Source: Heterodontus francisci
Lineage: Eukaryota
Assembly (NCBI RefSeq): GCF_036365525.1
Contig: NC_090408.1
Span: 25,340,884-25,404,883, forward strand
Length of the DNA stretch: 64,000 nt
Direction of reading: 5' to 3'
Positions 12,830 to 25,999 of this stretch are shown in pieces; the stretch's first letter is position 1, and each line of letters starts with the position of its first letter. The notes under the pieces were generated by a model. The model saw only the letters and a program-made list of their open reading frames with translations. It had not been told where the DNA came from and ran no database searches. Made by a program: the position numbers and the translations under genes.

Positions 12830-13645
12830 TGCATTAAGTCTTGTTCACCCTTCAGTCCTGTCCTTGCTGACCTACACCAACATGACGTCCAGTCTCCAAT
12901 GATGCCAATTTAATATTCTTATCCACTGTGGTTAAATTCTTTAATGGCCTTTCCCATCCCATCTCTCTAATCCCCGATGCCCTACAATTCCCCTTGACCA
13001 GAGCTCTTTATTCATACAAATCTGATGAGTCGTATATCCCTCCCTTTTCTTTCTGCACCACCTGCAGTCATGTCGTCAGCTCCCTAGGCCCCATGCGCTG
13101 TAATTCCCTCCCAATACTCCTCATAGTCGGGACCTTAAAGTTAGAGATCATTGTGTGGTGGTTCTTCTCTGTTCCGCTTCCAGGGTTTGAATTTCTCCCC
13201 CGTAACTAACAGCGGACCCAGGTCCAGTCTGACCCGGGACTGTACAGCAGAGGCTTAAACGTGTTTTTTTAATTTTGCAGCTGCCTACTGTAAATAGTTT
13301 GTTTTATTTTCACCGCAATTTAAAAAAATTGCCAATCACACTGACAGGAGGAGAACCCAGCCTTGGCACAGTGGGGAATGTGTGAAGGAGGTTCCTTTTA
13401 ATCCAACTGGGTGCGCTGTTACTCTGGTTTCTTTGCATCATGTGCGAAAGTTGTAGGGAGAGGTGAAGTTGGTGATCAGCCTCTTGTTAATAACAGGAGC
13501 ACTTTCCCTCTGTCTGTGATCTGAGCCACCCCCTCCTTTTTTAAATCCTTCTTAAAATCCACTCCAAACTTTTGGTCACCCTTCTTAATATCTCTGGCTC
13601 TGAGTCTGTTTATATCTAATTATGTTTCTGTCAAGTGACGTTGGA
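12830..13645 (+). mobile_element. L2 3' fragment interrupted by a non-L2 insert at about 13125-13525
   Basis: CCTGTCCTTGCTGACCTACA...TAATTCCCTCCC, resuming at about 13530 with CTCCTTTTTTAAATCCTTCTTAAAA...TTTTGGTCACC. Confidence 0.6.
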
Positions 13646-13647
13646 CT

Positions 13648-14765
13648 TTTTTTTATTTGTTCGTGGAATGTGGGCATCGCTGGCAAGCCAGCATTTATTG
13701 CCCATCACTAATTGCTGTTGAGAAGGTGCTGGTGAACAGCTGTCTTCAGCCACTGCAGTCCGTGTGATGTAGGTACACCTACGGTGCTGTAAGGAAGGGA
13801 GTTCCAGGATTTTGACCCAGCAATAGTGAAGGAACGGCGATATAGATCCAAGTCAGGATGGTGTGTGGTTTGGAGGGGAACTTGCAGGTGGTTGTGTTCC
13901 CATGTGCCTGCTGCCCTTGTCCTTCAATGTGGTGGACGTACTGTCAAAGGAGCCTTGGTGAGTTGCTGCAGTGCATGTTATAAATAGTACATACTGCTGC
14001 CACTGTGCATTGATGGTGGAGGGAGTGAATGTTTAAGGTGGTGGCCTAGCAAGTGGGCTGCTTTGTCCTGGATGATGTCGAGCTTCTTGAGTGTTATTGG
14101 AGCTGCACTCATCCAGACAAGTGGAATGTGTTCTGTTACACTCCTGACTTGTGCCTTGTAGATGGTCGACGGGCTTTGGAGAGTCAGGAGGTGAGTTACC
14201 TGCTGCAGAATTATGAATCTCTGACCTTCTCTTACAGTTACTTTATTTATGTGGCTGATCCAGCTCAGTTTTTAGTCAATGGTAACCCACAGGATGTTGA
14301 TGGTAAGAGACACATTGATGGTACTGCCATTGAACGTCAAGGGGAGTTGGTTAGATTCTCTCTTGTCGGAGATGGTCTTTGCCCAGCACTTGGGTGGCAC
14401 AAATGCTATTTCCCACTTATCAGCCAAGCCTGAAGGTTGTCCAGGTCTTGCTGCATGTGGGTATGGACTGCTTCATTATTTGAGGAGTTACGAATGGGAC
14501 TGAACACTGTGCAATCATCAGCGAAGATCCTCACTTTATGACAGAGAGAAGGTCATTGATGAAACAATTGAAGGTGGCTGGGCCTAGGACAACACCCTGA
14601 GGAACTCCTGCAGCGATATTCTAGGGCTGAGATATTTGGCCTCCAACAACCCATAGCTATCTTTCTTTGTGCTAGGTAAGACTCCAAACAATGGAGAGAG
14701 AGAGCTTTCTCCCTGATTCCCATTGACTTCAATTTTGATGGAGCTGCTTGATGCCACGCTCGCTG
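13648..14765 (-). mobile_element. CR1-clade LINE, 3' part (same family as 17330-18182)
   Basis: Reverse complement of 17330-18182; RT remnants (KLKSMGIRE...LESYLAQRK). Confidence 0.85.
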
Positions 14766-14830
14766 AAATTTATCTCTGCTAATAGACGGCATCTTTAACA
14801 ATGCAGCATTGCGTCAGTGTTGCCCTAAAG

Positions 14831-14900
14831 CAGGGGTCTGCAACCTGCAGCTCTGGAGTCACATGTGGTTTATTAAGGACTCGTGCGGCTCCTGACCTTA
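14831..14900 (+). mobile_element. hAT/Charlie-like terminal fragment
   Basis: Begins CAGGGGTCTGCAACCTGCAGCTC, typical of a hAT-Charlie TIR; partner end not found. Confidence 0.45.
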
Positions 14901-15799
14901 ATCAATCAAACCCATTTTAATGGTAATTATATGGCTTGTTTTGTATATCCATCACATTACTGTGCACAAACTGGCTGGTTTGTTTGCCTACATAACAATA
15001 ATAACTACATTTTCAAATTAAGTAATTGGACATGAAACATTTTGGGATGTATTGACATGAAAGGTGTTGTATAACTATTTTAATATAGTACACACTAAAT
15101 ACACTCAAAGCACTAACAAAGAGTCCATGGTGCTGAGTTCAGACCATTAGTATCAAGCTTCAGACTTGTACACAACATTACATTGCTCATTTACGCAATG
15201 CATGTTTAAACTAGCTTACTGACCTTAAACAAGGGCAGAACATCGCGTGTAAAGTTAAGGCAACAGGCAAAAGTCAATACAATTAACCAGCCCAACAGAA
15301 AAATCTTTTATGTCTGTTGTTGTGGTTACAAGTGCATAGTATGAATATGTATTAAAAACTGAATTTAGGTTAAAAACCTTGATGCTCAACATTTGGCTGA
15401 TGTTCTTATGTGAAGCCAAGGAAAATGTATCTGAGTGAGGGCAGGGTTCAAGTATAGATGTCACTTCAATTGGTGGCTGCTAGATTTCCTGACATAACTG
15501 TTGGAAAAGTTTACTAGTGTTTGAAGTTAAAAATGGAAATTCTAATCCTAATTCTAATCCATCATCTTGGCTGTTAACTAAAATCAGTTTACTTCAGTTA
15601 AGACTGGATATTATTGTAAAGCAAAACATAAGTTCCCAATTAGTCAAGGGTCTGAATTTTGTAGCTGACACTTCAGTAAAGAATTTGCATTTGTTTTTCC
15701 TGATTGATGTTTTCGAGCAATATTAAAATTCAACAGATTCTTTGATTCAAATAACTTTTTGAAAAAGAAAACATTGATAGCTTTTGTGGAATTGTGGCT

Positions 15800-16460
15800 T
15801 TCTCCTTTTAACAAACCCTTTTTCGAAAGTGGCAACTTGTTACAGGGATTTGGTTGCAAACTGCTTTTTAGTATCTCCTTCATTCTTGATGCGTGAGCCT
15901 GGACTGTCATTGTCAGTGGGCTATAGGATTGTGGCAAATATCACTGTAGAACTGTACCTGACCTAGTCTTGTACCACAATATGGGCGGCGCAGTGGTTAG
16001 CACCGCAGCCTCACAGCTCCAGCGACCCCGGTTCAATTCTGGGTACTGCCTGTGTGGAGTTTGCAAGTTCTCCCTGTGTCTGCGTGGGTTTTCGCCGGGT
16101 GCTCCGGTTTCCTCCCACCACCAAAGACTTGCAGGTTGATAGGTAAATTGGTCATTATAAATTGCCCCTAGTATAGGTAGGTGGTAGGGGAATATAAGGA
16201 CAGGTGGGGATGTGGTAGGAATATGGGATTAGTGCAGGATTAGTATAAATGGGTGGTTGATGGTCGGCACAGACTCGGTGGGCCGAAGGGCCTGTTTCAG
16301 TGCTGTATCTCTAAATAAAAAATATGAATGAATAGATAGATGCTAAAGAATAGGAACCCTGGCTGTGGTGCTTTTTCCTCTTCCATAGTCTGAGAATCTT
16401 GAAGCTATTTTTGGTACCTGGCTGTAATTGGCTATCTTGGAGGAAATGAGGGATCAAATT
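15800..16460 (-). mobile_element. AmnSINE2-like SINE interrupted by a V-SINE
   Basis: CATTCTTGATGCGTGAGCCTGGAC at about 15881 and AGGAACCCTGGCTG at about 16352 match the reverse complement of the same family as 11670-12050. Confidence 0.55.
15983..16320 (+). mobile_element. HE1-like V-SINE
   Basis: tRNA-derived head GGCGCAGTGGTTAGC...GGTTCAATTC; V-domain GTGTGGAGTTTGCAAGTTCTCCCTGTGTCTGCGTGGG; CR1-like tail; TSD AATAT(G) at 15978 and 16321. Confidence 0.92.
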
Positions 16461-16845
16461 GACTGTATACCTACCCTTTTTCTGCCTTTTAAAAAAGCAT
16501 TTATAAATTTTTAAGGCAAGGTTTCCTTCTTCAGGTTATTGGAACTATGTAGTAACATAAGCTATGTCCTGTTGGAAGCAGGGGCAGTTGCCAGTTTCCC
16601 AATTTTTCTTTTATGGCTTGAGTATGTATATTGGAACTATTACTAGGGATTGGGGAAGCCTGTCTTATTCTCACCATGTTTCTCAAACTGTACTTGGTTG
16701 GAGCTTGCAGTTTTCTCAGCAGAGTAGGACTAAAACTATATATTCCTTCAGCTTATTAACCTAATATTCTGTCCTGAGCCTATATAGGAGCTTACAGAAA
16801 ACTGTACAACTTTCTTCTGAAGTCTTTTGAATTTGCTTATTTAAG

Positions 16846-17145
16846 GGTATGGCAAAGTAGTGGTTATGGTGCTAAACCACTAACCTAGAAGTTGAGTTCA
16901 TAATCCCATCATGAAAAATGTGAAACTGAATTATATAAATCTGATTATCAATGGGCTGGCACCAGAAAAAGCTGCTGGATGTGAATCCAATTGGTGCCCT
17001 CATGTTCTGTACAGAAGGGGATCTGCTTCCCCTACCTGATCTGGCTTATCCGTGACTCCAGTCCACACTGGGGTTGATTCTTGATGCCCTTCGAGCAACC
17101 AGGGGCAGCAGCAATAAATGCTGCATCGACAGAGTCACCCACACA
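16846..17145 (+). mobile_element. degenerate tRNA-SINE with CR1-clade 3' tail (family of 29480-29860)
   Basis: GTGGTTATG...GAGTTCATAATCCCA head; CTGGCTTATCCGTGACTCCAG core; GCAATAAATGCTG tail. Confidence 0.65.
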
Positions 17146-17329
17146 GTTTTTTTTGTCAAATCCAGCAGGTTTTTCAGTTTATAATCGCTATATTGGATAA
17201 GCCTTGTTGGTATCTGTTGCTGTTTGTTTCTTGAGTATTCCATGGTTTGTACAATAAATCTTTACTGACATCTATTTTATGGTTTAATAACTTACTCCAG
17301 TACTTTCCCACCATTCTCATATATCACAA

Positions 17330-18182
17330 ATCATCAGTCAGTGTAGAAATGCAGCAAGACCTGGACAATATCCAGGCTTGGGCTGGTAAGTGGCAAGTAA
17401 CATTCGCGCCACACAAGTGCCAGGCAATGACCATCTCCAACAAGAGAGAATCTAACCATCTCCCCTTGACATCCAACAGCATTACCATCGCTGAATCCCC
17501 CACTATCAACATCCTAGGGGCTACCATTGATCAGAAACTGAACTGGAGTAGCAATATAAATACCGTGGCTACAAGAGCAGGTCAGAGGCTAGGAATCCTG
17601 AGGCGAGTAACTCACCTCCTGACTCCCCAAAGCCTGTCCACCATCTACAAGGCACAAGTCAGGAGTGTGATGGAATACTCTCCACTTGCCTGGATGGGTG
17701 CAGCTCCAACAACACTCAAGAAGCTCGACACCATCCAGGACAAAGCAGCCCACCTGATTGGCACCCCATCCACCACATTCAGCATTCACCCCCTTCACCA
17801 CCAACGCAGTGTCAGTAGTGTGCACCATTCACAAGATGCACTGCAGCAATGCACCAAGGCTCCTTCGACAACACCTTCCAAACCCGCGACCTCTACCACC
17901 TAGAAGGACAAGGGCAGCAAATACATGGGAACACCACCACCTGCAAGTTCCCCTCCAATTCACACACCATCCTGACTTGGAACTATATCACTGTTCCTTC
18001 ACTGTCACTTGGTCAAAATCCTGGAACTCCCTTCCTAACAGCACTGTGGGTGTACCTACCCCACATGGACTGCAGCGGTTCAAGAAGGCAGCTCACCACC
18101 ACCTTCTCAAGGGCAATTAGGGATGGGCAATAAATGCTGTCCTGGCCAGCGTCACCCACATCCCATGAATGAATTAAAAAAA
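17330..18182 (+). mobile_element. CR1-clade LINE, 3' fragment
   Basis: ORF MQQDLDNIQAWAGKWQVTFAPHKC...TIYKAQVRSVMEYSPLAW; 3' UTR GGGCAATAAATGC...GAATGAATTAAAAAA. Confidence 0.9.
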
Positions 18183-18343
18183 AGAACTTTCCTTCTGTCT
18201 TTTTTATTGTGTCTCACCGAAGGTAAATTAGAACTTCTTTTCAGAACTAGGAACATTCCATTAGGCAAGAAGAAGCCTATTTTTCTATTTTTAAACAACG
18301 CCGCCTACAGGTCTTTCCACTGTTTTTCTCAAACCCTTTCTGT

Positions 18344-18489
18344 CACTGTGCATCAGTGGTGGAGGGAGTGAATGTTTGTAGATGGGGTGCCAATCAAGCG
18401 GGCTGCTTTGTCCTGGATGGTGTCAAGCTTTTTGAGTGTTGTTGGAGCTGCACCCATCCAGACAAGTGGAGAGTATTCCATCACACTCC
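18344..18489 (-). mobile_element. inverted fragment of the same CR1-clade LINE
   Basis: Reverse complement of about 17662-17815. Confidence 0.85.
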
Positions 18490-19019
18490 AGAGCTCTTTT
18501 AGCCTATTGAACCTTCTTAGACCATTGTACTTCAGTGGCCTTCCCTAGTAGGTGATTTCTTTTAAACCTTTGTGTGAAAATGTTCCACCTAACTTTTGAT
18601 TAATGCAGCCCAGCCAGAGTAGGTGACTTTTCTTCTTTGAGGACTGTCAACTTTTTAAGTATATCCAGTTTATTTCTTATTCTATCTGATATCGCTATGG
18701 ACTCCATGCCCTCTAAACCATCTTAGATTGCTTTGCATGTGCCCTCTGTCTGATGCCTCCTATTTCTGAACTTTTCTTTAATCTCATGCTATTTGCCTCT
18801 CCCAGTCCTCTCTGCACCTTGTTTCTCCTCTCTAATATTTCATCCTTGTGTCCATTCCTAATATGGGCAATATCTGTGACAGTCTTGTGTAAATACAGAA
18901 AATACTTCGTACTACCAGTTTGTATTCATTTGCTATTGGTTTTTGTAACCTTTTGTAGCTGAAATGTTTTTTTTTCACTACCTCTGTAGATATGAGGTGA
19001 TGACATTAGTCCCTCATTT

Positions 19020-19735
19020 GCTGTAGCAGCGCGTCAAGGACAAATTAGATTTGCCCTTGCACACTTAGGTTTTTACGTCTTTTGCATGGCAAGTTGCTGA
19101 AAGTGCAAGCCAATAAAGGCACAGCAAGGGAATCGGGGCAAGCAACTCTGTATATCCTTAACCAATTAGATTGAAAGATTGTGAAATTAACAACACAAGG
19201 AATGGGAAGCAAGTGTAAATGAGAATGGGTGAATTGAATGCCAAATCAGGTGGGTAAAGATATAAATAGAGGAAAAGAAAGATTGGATTGAGAGAGAAAA
19301 AGAGATGAGGAAAAGCAAAAAAACCTTCAATATTAAATTTAACATTTTTAACATTTAAAATCCAAAACCCTGTAGGAATCAGACACCACAATTGACATAG
19401 TTCATTTTCAGAGAGAGAAAAGTTGTTTGGTTGTGATTAACACTTACCATGTCGTTAAAAAAGTGCTTGGACTGGAATGAACAAGACTTAATTTTCTCTG
19501 GCAAGTTTAGTTTGTATCTAGCATGCAAGTAGAGCGATTTCAGTGGTGAGCCAGACAGTACAATGCCCTTTTTACGAAGTTGCCAATGGAATAGTGCAAG
19601 TTGGATTGCAACTTTTGGGTTTTTGAGTTTAACCAAGCATCCGTCCCTTGCCTGAAATTGCTGTACCATTTATGCATAAATGACAACGAGCCCCATTAGC
19701 CTCACTGTTATTTGACAGGAATATCTGGGCCATTA
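19020..19735. repeat. unclassified non-autonomous repeat; inverted relative of 26000-26690
   Basis: Reverse complement of 19680-19731 (GGCCCAGATATTCCTGTCAAATAACAGTGAGGCTAATGG) resembles 26003-26050; TTCAATCTRATTGGTT block shared. Confidence 0.6.
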
Positions 19736-22640
19736 TATATTGTGGCCTGAGTCTACCTTAATACCAGGAAAGGTCTTGGTGTGGAGAAGGAAACTTTGTT
19801 TTGGTGCTAATTTACAAAATTTGTTTTGCAACGCAAGATCAAAATTATGTGGTTCCGTAGAACTCTTGTGCTGAAAGAATTCATTCGAGGTGCTGAGCTT
19901 ACTTGACAGGCAGAAGAATAAGAATTTTCCACCAGATTATTTTGTGATTTTATCATTTGAGTGATGGGTGTTCATGATTTGGATATACTGCAGATACCTT
20001 TTCTCACGCTGAGCTCAACAGTTCATTTCCACAGACAAACCTAAGCTGCTTATTATGAACCTGGAACATGACTTTTTGCACAAAGTAATCTGGGATAACA
20101 GGCTACAGGGTGAACCCATGCACTGATGAGGTATGCACTAGACGTAATGTAGGTCAACAATTTACACTCTTGATCTCTCTGACAAGAAACACTCTGACAG
20201 ACAGTATCTCTCAGGCTACAAACTGCAGATGAAGTTTATTAGTTAGAATTAAACAAAAGCACATACACAGCACATTTTGCTAGATTACAGTGCTTAACTT
20301 ACAGTTCCTGTTTCAAATGAAACATCTTTAAACTCTAGTGGATTTCCAAATTAGCACTTAGTTTTGACTAAGCATTTGTAATTAAGAGGTTTTATGTGAG
20401 ACTGGATGCTTTGCAATACTAGACTTGTTATAAATACACTAAAGTCATTGTTGCTGGATGCAACTATATCTCTGTCTATACTTTGAAGACCATGTTGATA
20501 CAATGAAAAATCAAAAAGGTACTGTTTACATCTAAATATAGCTATCAATAATAAATAGGTTTCAAAGTCACAGAGACTGCCTGTCAGAGGACAGCCAAAT
20601 AATCCACACACCTTCAAAGTATCGTCAAAATAAGAGCCTTACTCACAAGATCCTTTTAAGGCTATTGCTTTACCCATGGGCAAACATATAACTATTGATA
20701 GCTCATAGATGCAATTAGCATAGATCAGTTACCTGAGTGAAGTTGGCATCTGTTTACCCAGATGCATACTTCTGTCCAGACAGGATTTTGCAGGATGTTG
20801 TCACCAACTTATGCAAAACACAAAAACAGCAGAAATTCCCCCAGGATGCAGTTGCAGCAACAATTATGAAGTGTCTGCAATGCTGATAAGCGAAATGTTA
20901 AAACATACTGACTTATGAAAGAAGTTACCTCATTATCTCCGTTCTGTCATAACATTTTGATTTTATTCCCCCATTGCTTCCTGAAACCTTTGGAATTTCA
21001 CCACTTCATTGTATATTAGATGTTGTAGGGGCATGGAATTCTATCACGGCACTGTGCTGGGTCCCTTAAGCTGTACTTTGATACATGCACTGACTGTTAA
21101 CTAGTCATGAACCAAGTGGAAGCCAACTTTGAAAATATCAGTGAACCCCATCTGATGTGGCTCTTTGTGTAGTAAAATTTTCAACATGCATATTCATACT
21201 TCCTTGACTAGTCCATCTGATTTTGAGCAATCCTCTAGCAAATCATTTTTAATCCATTTAACGAATGACAATTCTCCATTGCTTGTTGCCTCAAAGGATA
21301 ATCATATTTCATTATAAAGGAAGTCCCACACTTTGTGGTAAGCTCCAGTTGGCAGCCATTGTTGATTTGAAAGGATAGATTTTTCTGACTGTAGGAAAAT
21401 AATCAGGTTACACCTTATTAGAATATTCGGCAACAAATTGGTTGAAAATTGGTTGAAAAAAGAACTGGCTAATGTTGCAGGCTTAAAGTGAGTTGGAAGT
21501 GCATTTGCGAAGACGACAACATGGAATGAGATGTGCAGGATTGAATCAATCAAACTTAGTTTTATTCTGTTGAATCTGAAGAGAAACAGTTCCGTTTATG
21601 AGATCATTGTCTCTATCTTTATTCCCATTGAGATCTATTTTCAGCAGGCAAGTTTTAACTATTGGACTCTTTACATTGTATCAGGAATCTACCAACTGAA
21701 TGATAGTATCACCATGGGTTAGGCTTCCCCTGTTGAATGCATATATACATATATAGTGTCAAACGCTCCATCTGGGCTAGCAGACTTCGGATGATGGGTA
21801 GTACTTGACATCCTAAGAGGGGAGGAAGACTGCTGAATGAGTAGTGAGCCATCCTATTTGTGTTAACACTGCGATTAGATCATGCATGATGCTTCCAGAA
21901 ATATTCAGAACCAGCCGGGAATTCAGAGAGCACACACAGTTTTCCATTCCGTCAAGGATCTTTAGTTCTGGCTCGGTGTTTTCTCTGAAATATGTAACTG
22001 TGGATTAATATATGCAGTCGTACTATAGTACATATAGTACATATCTTACATCTGTGCTCACTTTCTGTGTCAATGTTTTCCAATTATTAATTCATAAGTT
22101 GACATTTATAATGGAAACTGGCTATGAAAGTTGTCACGCTGTAATTGCAACCTTCCACCATGGTTGATGCTGTAAGCACCTCAGTTTTGCATTTACCAGC
22201 TCCTGTGCCTGCACTACAGAACAACATTTGTGCCGCAACCAACTCTGTTTCTCTGTTCCCTACATGGATGTAAGTTCTGTCAAAATATGTAAAAATAAAA
22301 GAGGATAGTGGGTATGACTAAAATGGGCTTTGAATTATATCCATGTGCCCTGGTTCAATTGTCCTCTGCCATCATCGCATCCCCTGTCCCACACTCACTC
22401 ACCCTTTCATCTGTGGACTACAATTGGTCTTCACTGTTTGTGTGCAATTAATAATTGACCAATCACATTGCATGGCAATTAAAACTGTAATCTTAACCAA
22501 TATGATAAAAAAAAAAGAAATACCTAAAGCCTCATCATATGCCTATCAATGTAAATGTTTTGAACTTGGTTAGCCTCACCTAAATTCTTTATTTATCTTT
22601 CTAAAACTCTGTGGTGTTGCACAAGGGGAGTTGAGACTAC

Positions 22641-23465
22641 CGGCTGGATTTTAAGGAGCCCTTGACGTCGGGATCTGGTGGGGGGGATCTGAAGATTGCC
22701 CTGGATGAGGCCTACCACAGACCTTGCGCTGGCAGGGCCTGGCCCAATACTCCTGACAGCAGCGAGGCACCGTCGCGGCCCCCCCTCCCCGCTGCTCGAC
22801 GGGAGCACAATCGCCATTGGTAAATAAAGTAAATTAATAGATTTGCATGTACTTACCATTAATCTTGTCCCACTGCGATCTTCGGCTGGCGGCCGGTAAT
22901 CCTGCATCTTCCGATCCCCATTCATCCAAAGAAAACGAGGCACAACACTGGTGGGGTGGGGGGGGAGGAGGAGGAAAGTTTCTCATTGCGGGGAGCTGGG
23001 GGGTGCGGGTACGGGGTCCAATTAACGTCATGGGTGTAGGTGATGACGGGAAGAGTTTAAAGCTTATGCAGTTTGTTGGGGGAAGGTCAGATGGTAAAGG
23101 TAAGTTTTTCTGGGGGGGGGGAAGGGCAAATAATTTAATTGTTACTGGATGGGGGGGGGTGGGAGAGGGGCAAAAGAGATGTATTTATTTAATTTCATTA
23201 AATCTTTCTTTAAATATTTAAATATGCCGGTGGGGCTAACAGCCCTTTAAAAATGAAGTCAGCGTCTGCGCACAGGCAGCTGACACCATTGCCGGGGACG
23301 CACAGCCCACCCCCTCCATGTGATCAGGGAGAGGACGGGGGGCCCGCCCCGCCTATTTAAATGAGCCGCCGTGTTTGGAATCGCTTTGGCATGCGCCCGC
23401 AAAGCCGGGTTGCCATTTTTTTCGTCCACTGCCAAAAATGGCGGTTGGCTTATAAAATTCAGCCC
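22641..23465. mobile_element. PIF/Harbinger-type MITE
   Basis: Imperfect TIRs CGGCTGGATTTTA ... TAAAATTCAGCCC; flanks TAC/TAT; GC-rich non-coding interior. Confidence 0.75.
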
Positions 23466-23874
23466 TATGTTTAGTTTTCTGGTGGGTTAGGGTTAGAGGA
23501 GGGTAAGGGTCTAATTAAATCAATGCATGCAGATTTTTAGTCCGCATTTTAAAGTCATACATTCTATCCTTTTTATGTGAGCTTTTGAGTTTAGCAATCC
23601 TTACAGCAATTTGGCAAGCAGACAAGGAGAGTTGGTTGGAGCGCAAGCGTTTGTCTGCAGTACAGGTTGGAAGATGTAAAACCAAGAGGTTACAGTGCCA
23701 TTACTGGTAGAATGTTGTAGTGACTGTGTGACAAGTTTATGTGGTTAGTTTCCATTATAAATGGGATATAGGAATTTATAATGGAAGTGAGCACACAATT
23801 TTTTTTAATATGTGTGGATAAATGTCATTCATTATTATATCCATTGCTGGACCTCATCAATTAGTAATTGCTGG

Positions 23875-24401
23875 TGTTATGATCACCATGGAGCTCAACA
23901 AACAAAAAGAACAGAATTTACCAAACAACCCACAATTTTAAAAAGAAAAGGTCAGGATTTCACTTTTATAACCTTTACTTTAACAATCAGTATGATCTTA
24001 AGTAACGGAAACAGCTGCAGCAACTCGAAGCTGCCTACTGCCAGCTTCTAGATCCAGCCTTCACTCCCTTCAGCTTGCCTGCATTCCACCCATGTTTGAT
24101 CTGAGACTGGATGGCTCTGTTTTTTTAAATCTGGTTCCAACCAGTTTCTGTTTCCCCAGAAACTTGAAGTTCTAGTTTCCCTTTCAATTCGGGTCTGTCT
24201 AAAAAAAAAACAAGCTTTGAAACCAGGGTCACCTATCAGAACATTCGACAAGTCATTTGTTCAGACAGCTTGCACACACTCCCCCACTGGCCTCGCAAAA
24301 CAATGGATTATAGCTGTCCAGATTTAGTAACTGCAGTTACTATTTACTCATTGTACACATTTGTTTTTTTAAATTCAAAAAGATAGTATCAGAATTTAAC
24401 A
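23875..24401. mobile_element. possible degenerate solo LTR
   Basis: Starts TGTTATGA and ends TTAACA; no TSD recovered. Confidence 0.3.
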
Positions 24402-25999
24402 AAATGTCAGTACTCGCTCAAACTATGTCTTTAGTGAGGAAAATATATTTCCTAAATCTTTTTAAGAAGGAAATAAGCATTTAAAATTTTGAATTGTTTA
24501 ATTTAATATCTGAATGTTGTCATATATATCAGGAAGAGAACACAAGGACTTGTAAGCTAGTTCAGAGCATACTGGATAGGTAAGAGTGAAATGGCAGTCT
24601 GAGGAATTCAGGATGAAGCTTAGTTTGTTTCCCAGATGATACCTGAGACTGAATTACTGTCTGTGATTCTCTGTCACCCATCCAGTTTATTTTTATATTG
24701 CACAGACTCTTTTAAACCTCTGTCACTTCTTTGCTATTGGGTAACAATGCAAAATGATAAAGATGATCACAGACCAGCTCTTCCAGATGTTGAATTGTAA
24801 AGAACTTACTGTCCTATATAACCGTAAAATGTAGATTTAATACATTTCTAACTAATTTGTGTAAATTGTAAAGTGTATGTAATTTTAAGTGACATACATT
24901 GCAGAGCTCTTTCTGCATTGAAATGTAATTAACACTATCAGTGCTTATTTTTAAACGATATTCCAGGTTTGTATTATATGTAAAATGGATTGCAATCTGA
25001 TGAGTCTGAAATGACCAAATACCAATACTGTTATTTCCACAAGTGCTAATTGGTTCAAATGCTCTGAAAATCATTCTCCCTTTACCTTTAATGGGGAGTT
25101 AATTTTAGATCTGCCTAATGGCTTCTTTCCAATGTTTATAGTGCAAATTTGCTTCATGGCCATTATGTAGATGGCAGATGTTTTCTTCAGGTCTGGCATG
25201 AAAATATACAACATGACCAAAAGAGTCTTGCAACACAATTAAAGGAAAATTTGACAGGGTCGAAAGTCAAGTATACTTGGATTGAAAATAGCTATTGTAT
25301 TGCAGTGGATATTGTTTCTGCAAAGATTAAAGCTTGTGCATTACTCATCCATATTGTTCAAGTTTCCTTTTCAAGTCTAAGGAAGCGAGTGCATGCTTTT
25401 CTAATGGACTTGGCAGAAGGCCTTTTTTAGCTGCCATTCTCTTGCAATGTGTTTGAGCATACCAATTAGTTAGACTAAAATAGACTACTGTATCTTTTGT
25501 AACTGTATATAATAGTTATTAATTATTAGGGACCAAGTTTTAATAAGAAAATTAATTGACAACACCTGCGTTCCACCTTCATCGAAATCCACAACAAGAA
25601 TGATATGAATCATTTTGTATTTTGTGATGGTTGTCTCAGTTAACTGCCTATTCAAATTCTAACCACATTGTATTAGAAGGAAGCATTTGAGTTTATACAA
25701 CCTACAAAGTCTCAAAATATTGTGCTACATAAACATGCCATTAACCTAATTGTTTGGGATTCTCCTGCATATTCACAATGTTTTAACCATGAAAAATGGA
25801 TCATTTTCCCATCTGTATGTCTCTTTGTTAGGGATGCTGTGTTTCTTTGAATTTGTTTTTTTAATCATCCCTAATGGATATTGGCTTAATAAGTGACACA
25901 AATTATAGTATAATGGGTGACTTGCATAGTAAAGAGGTGACTATTGTCAAAAACTTAAGCAGGAGGCTTCTGCACTGAAATTTAAGGATACAAATACAT

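Noticed and set aside
15983-16050. tRNA genes at SINE heads (also 12430, 45608, 62842)
   Set aside because: A and B boxes run directly into SINE bodies and LINE-derived tails; no complete cloverleaf
18531-18546. 16-mer TTCAGTGGCCTTCCCT also present at 9882
   Set aside because: No extension on either side; treated as chance or an unresolvable remnant
24533-24585. Possible micro-exon ending at TAG|GTAAGA
   Set aside because: The upstream acceptor lacks a pyrimidine tract and there is no other support
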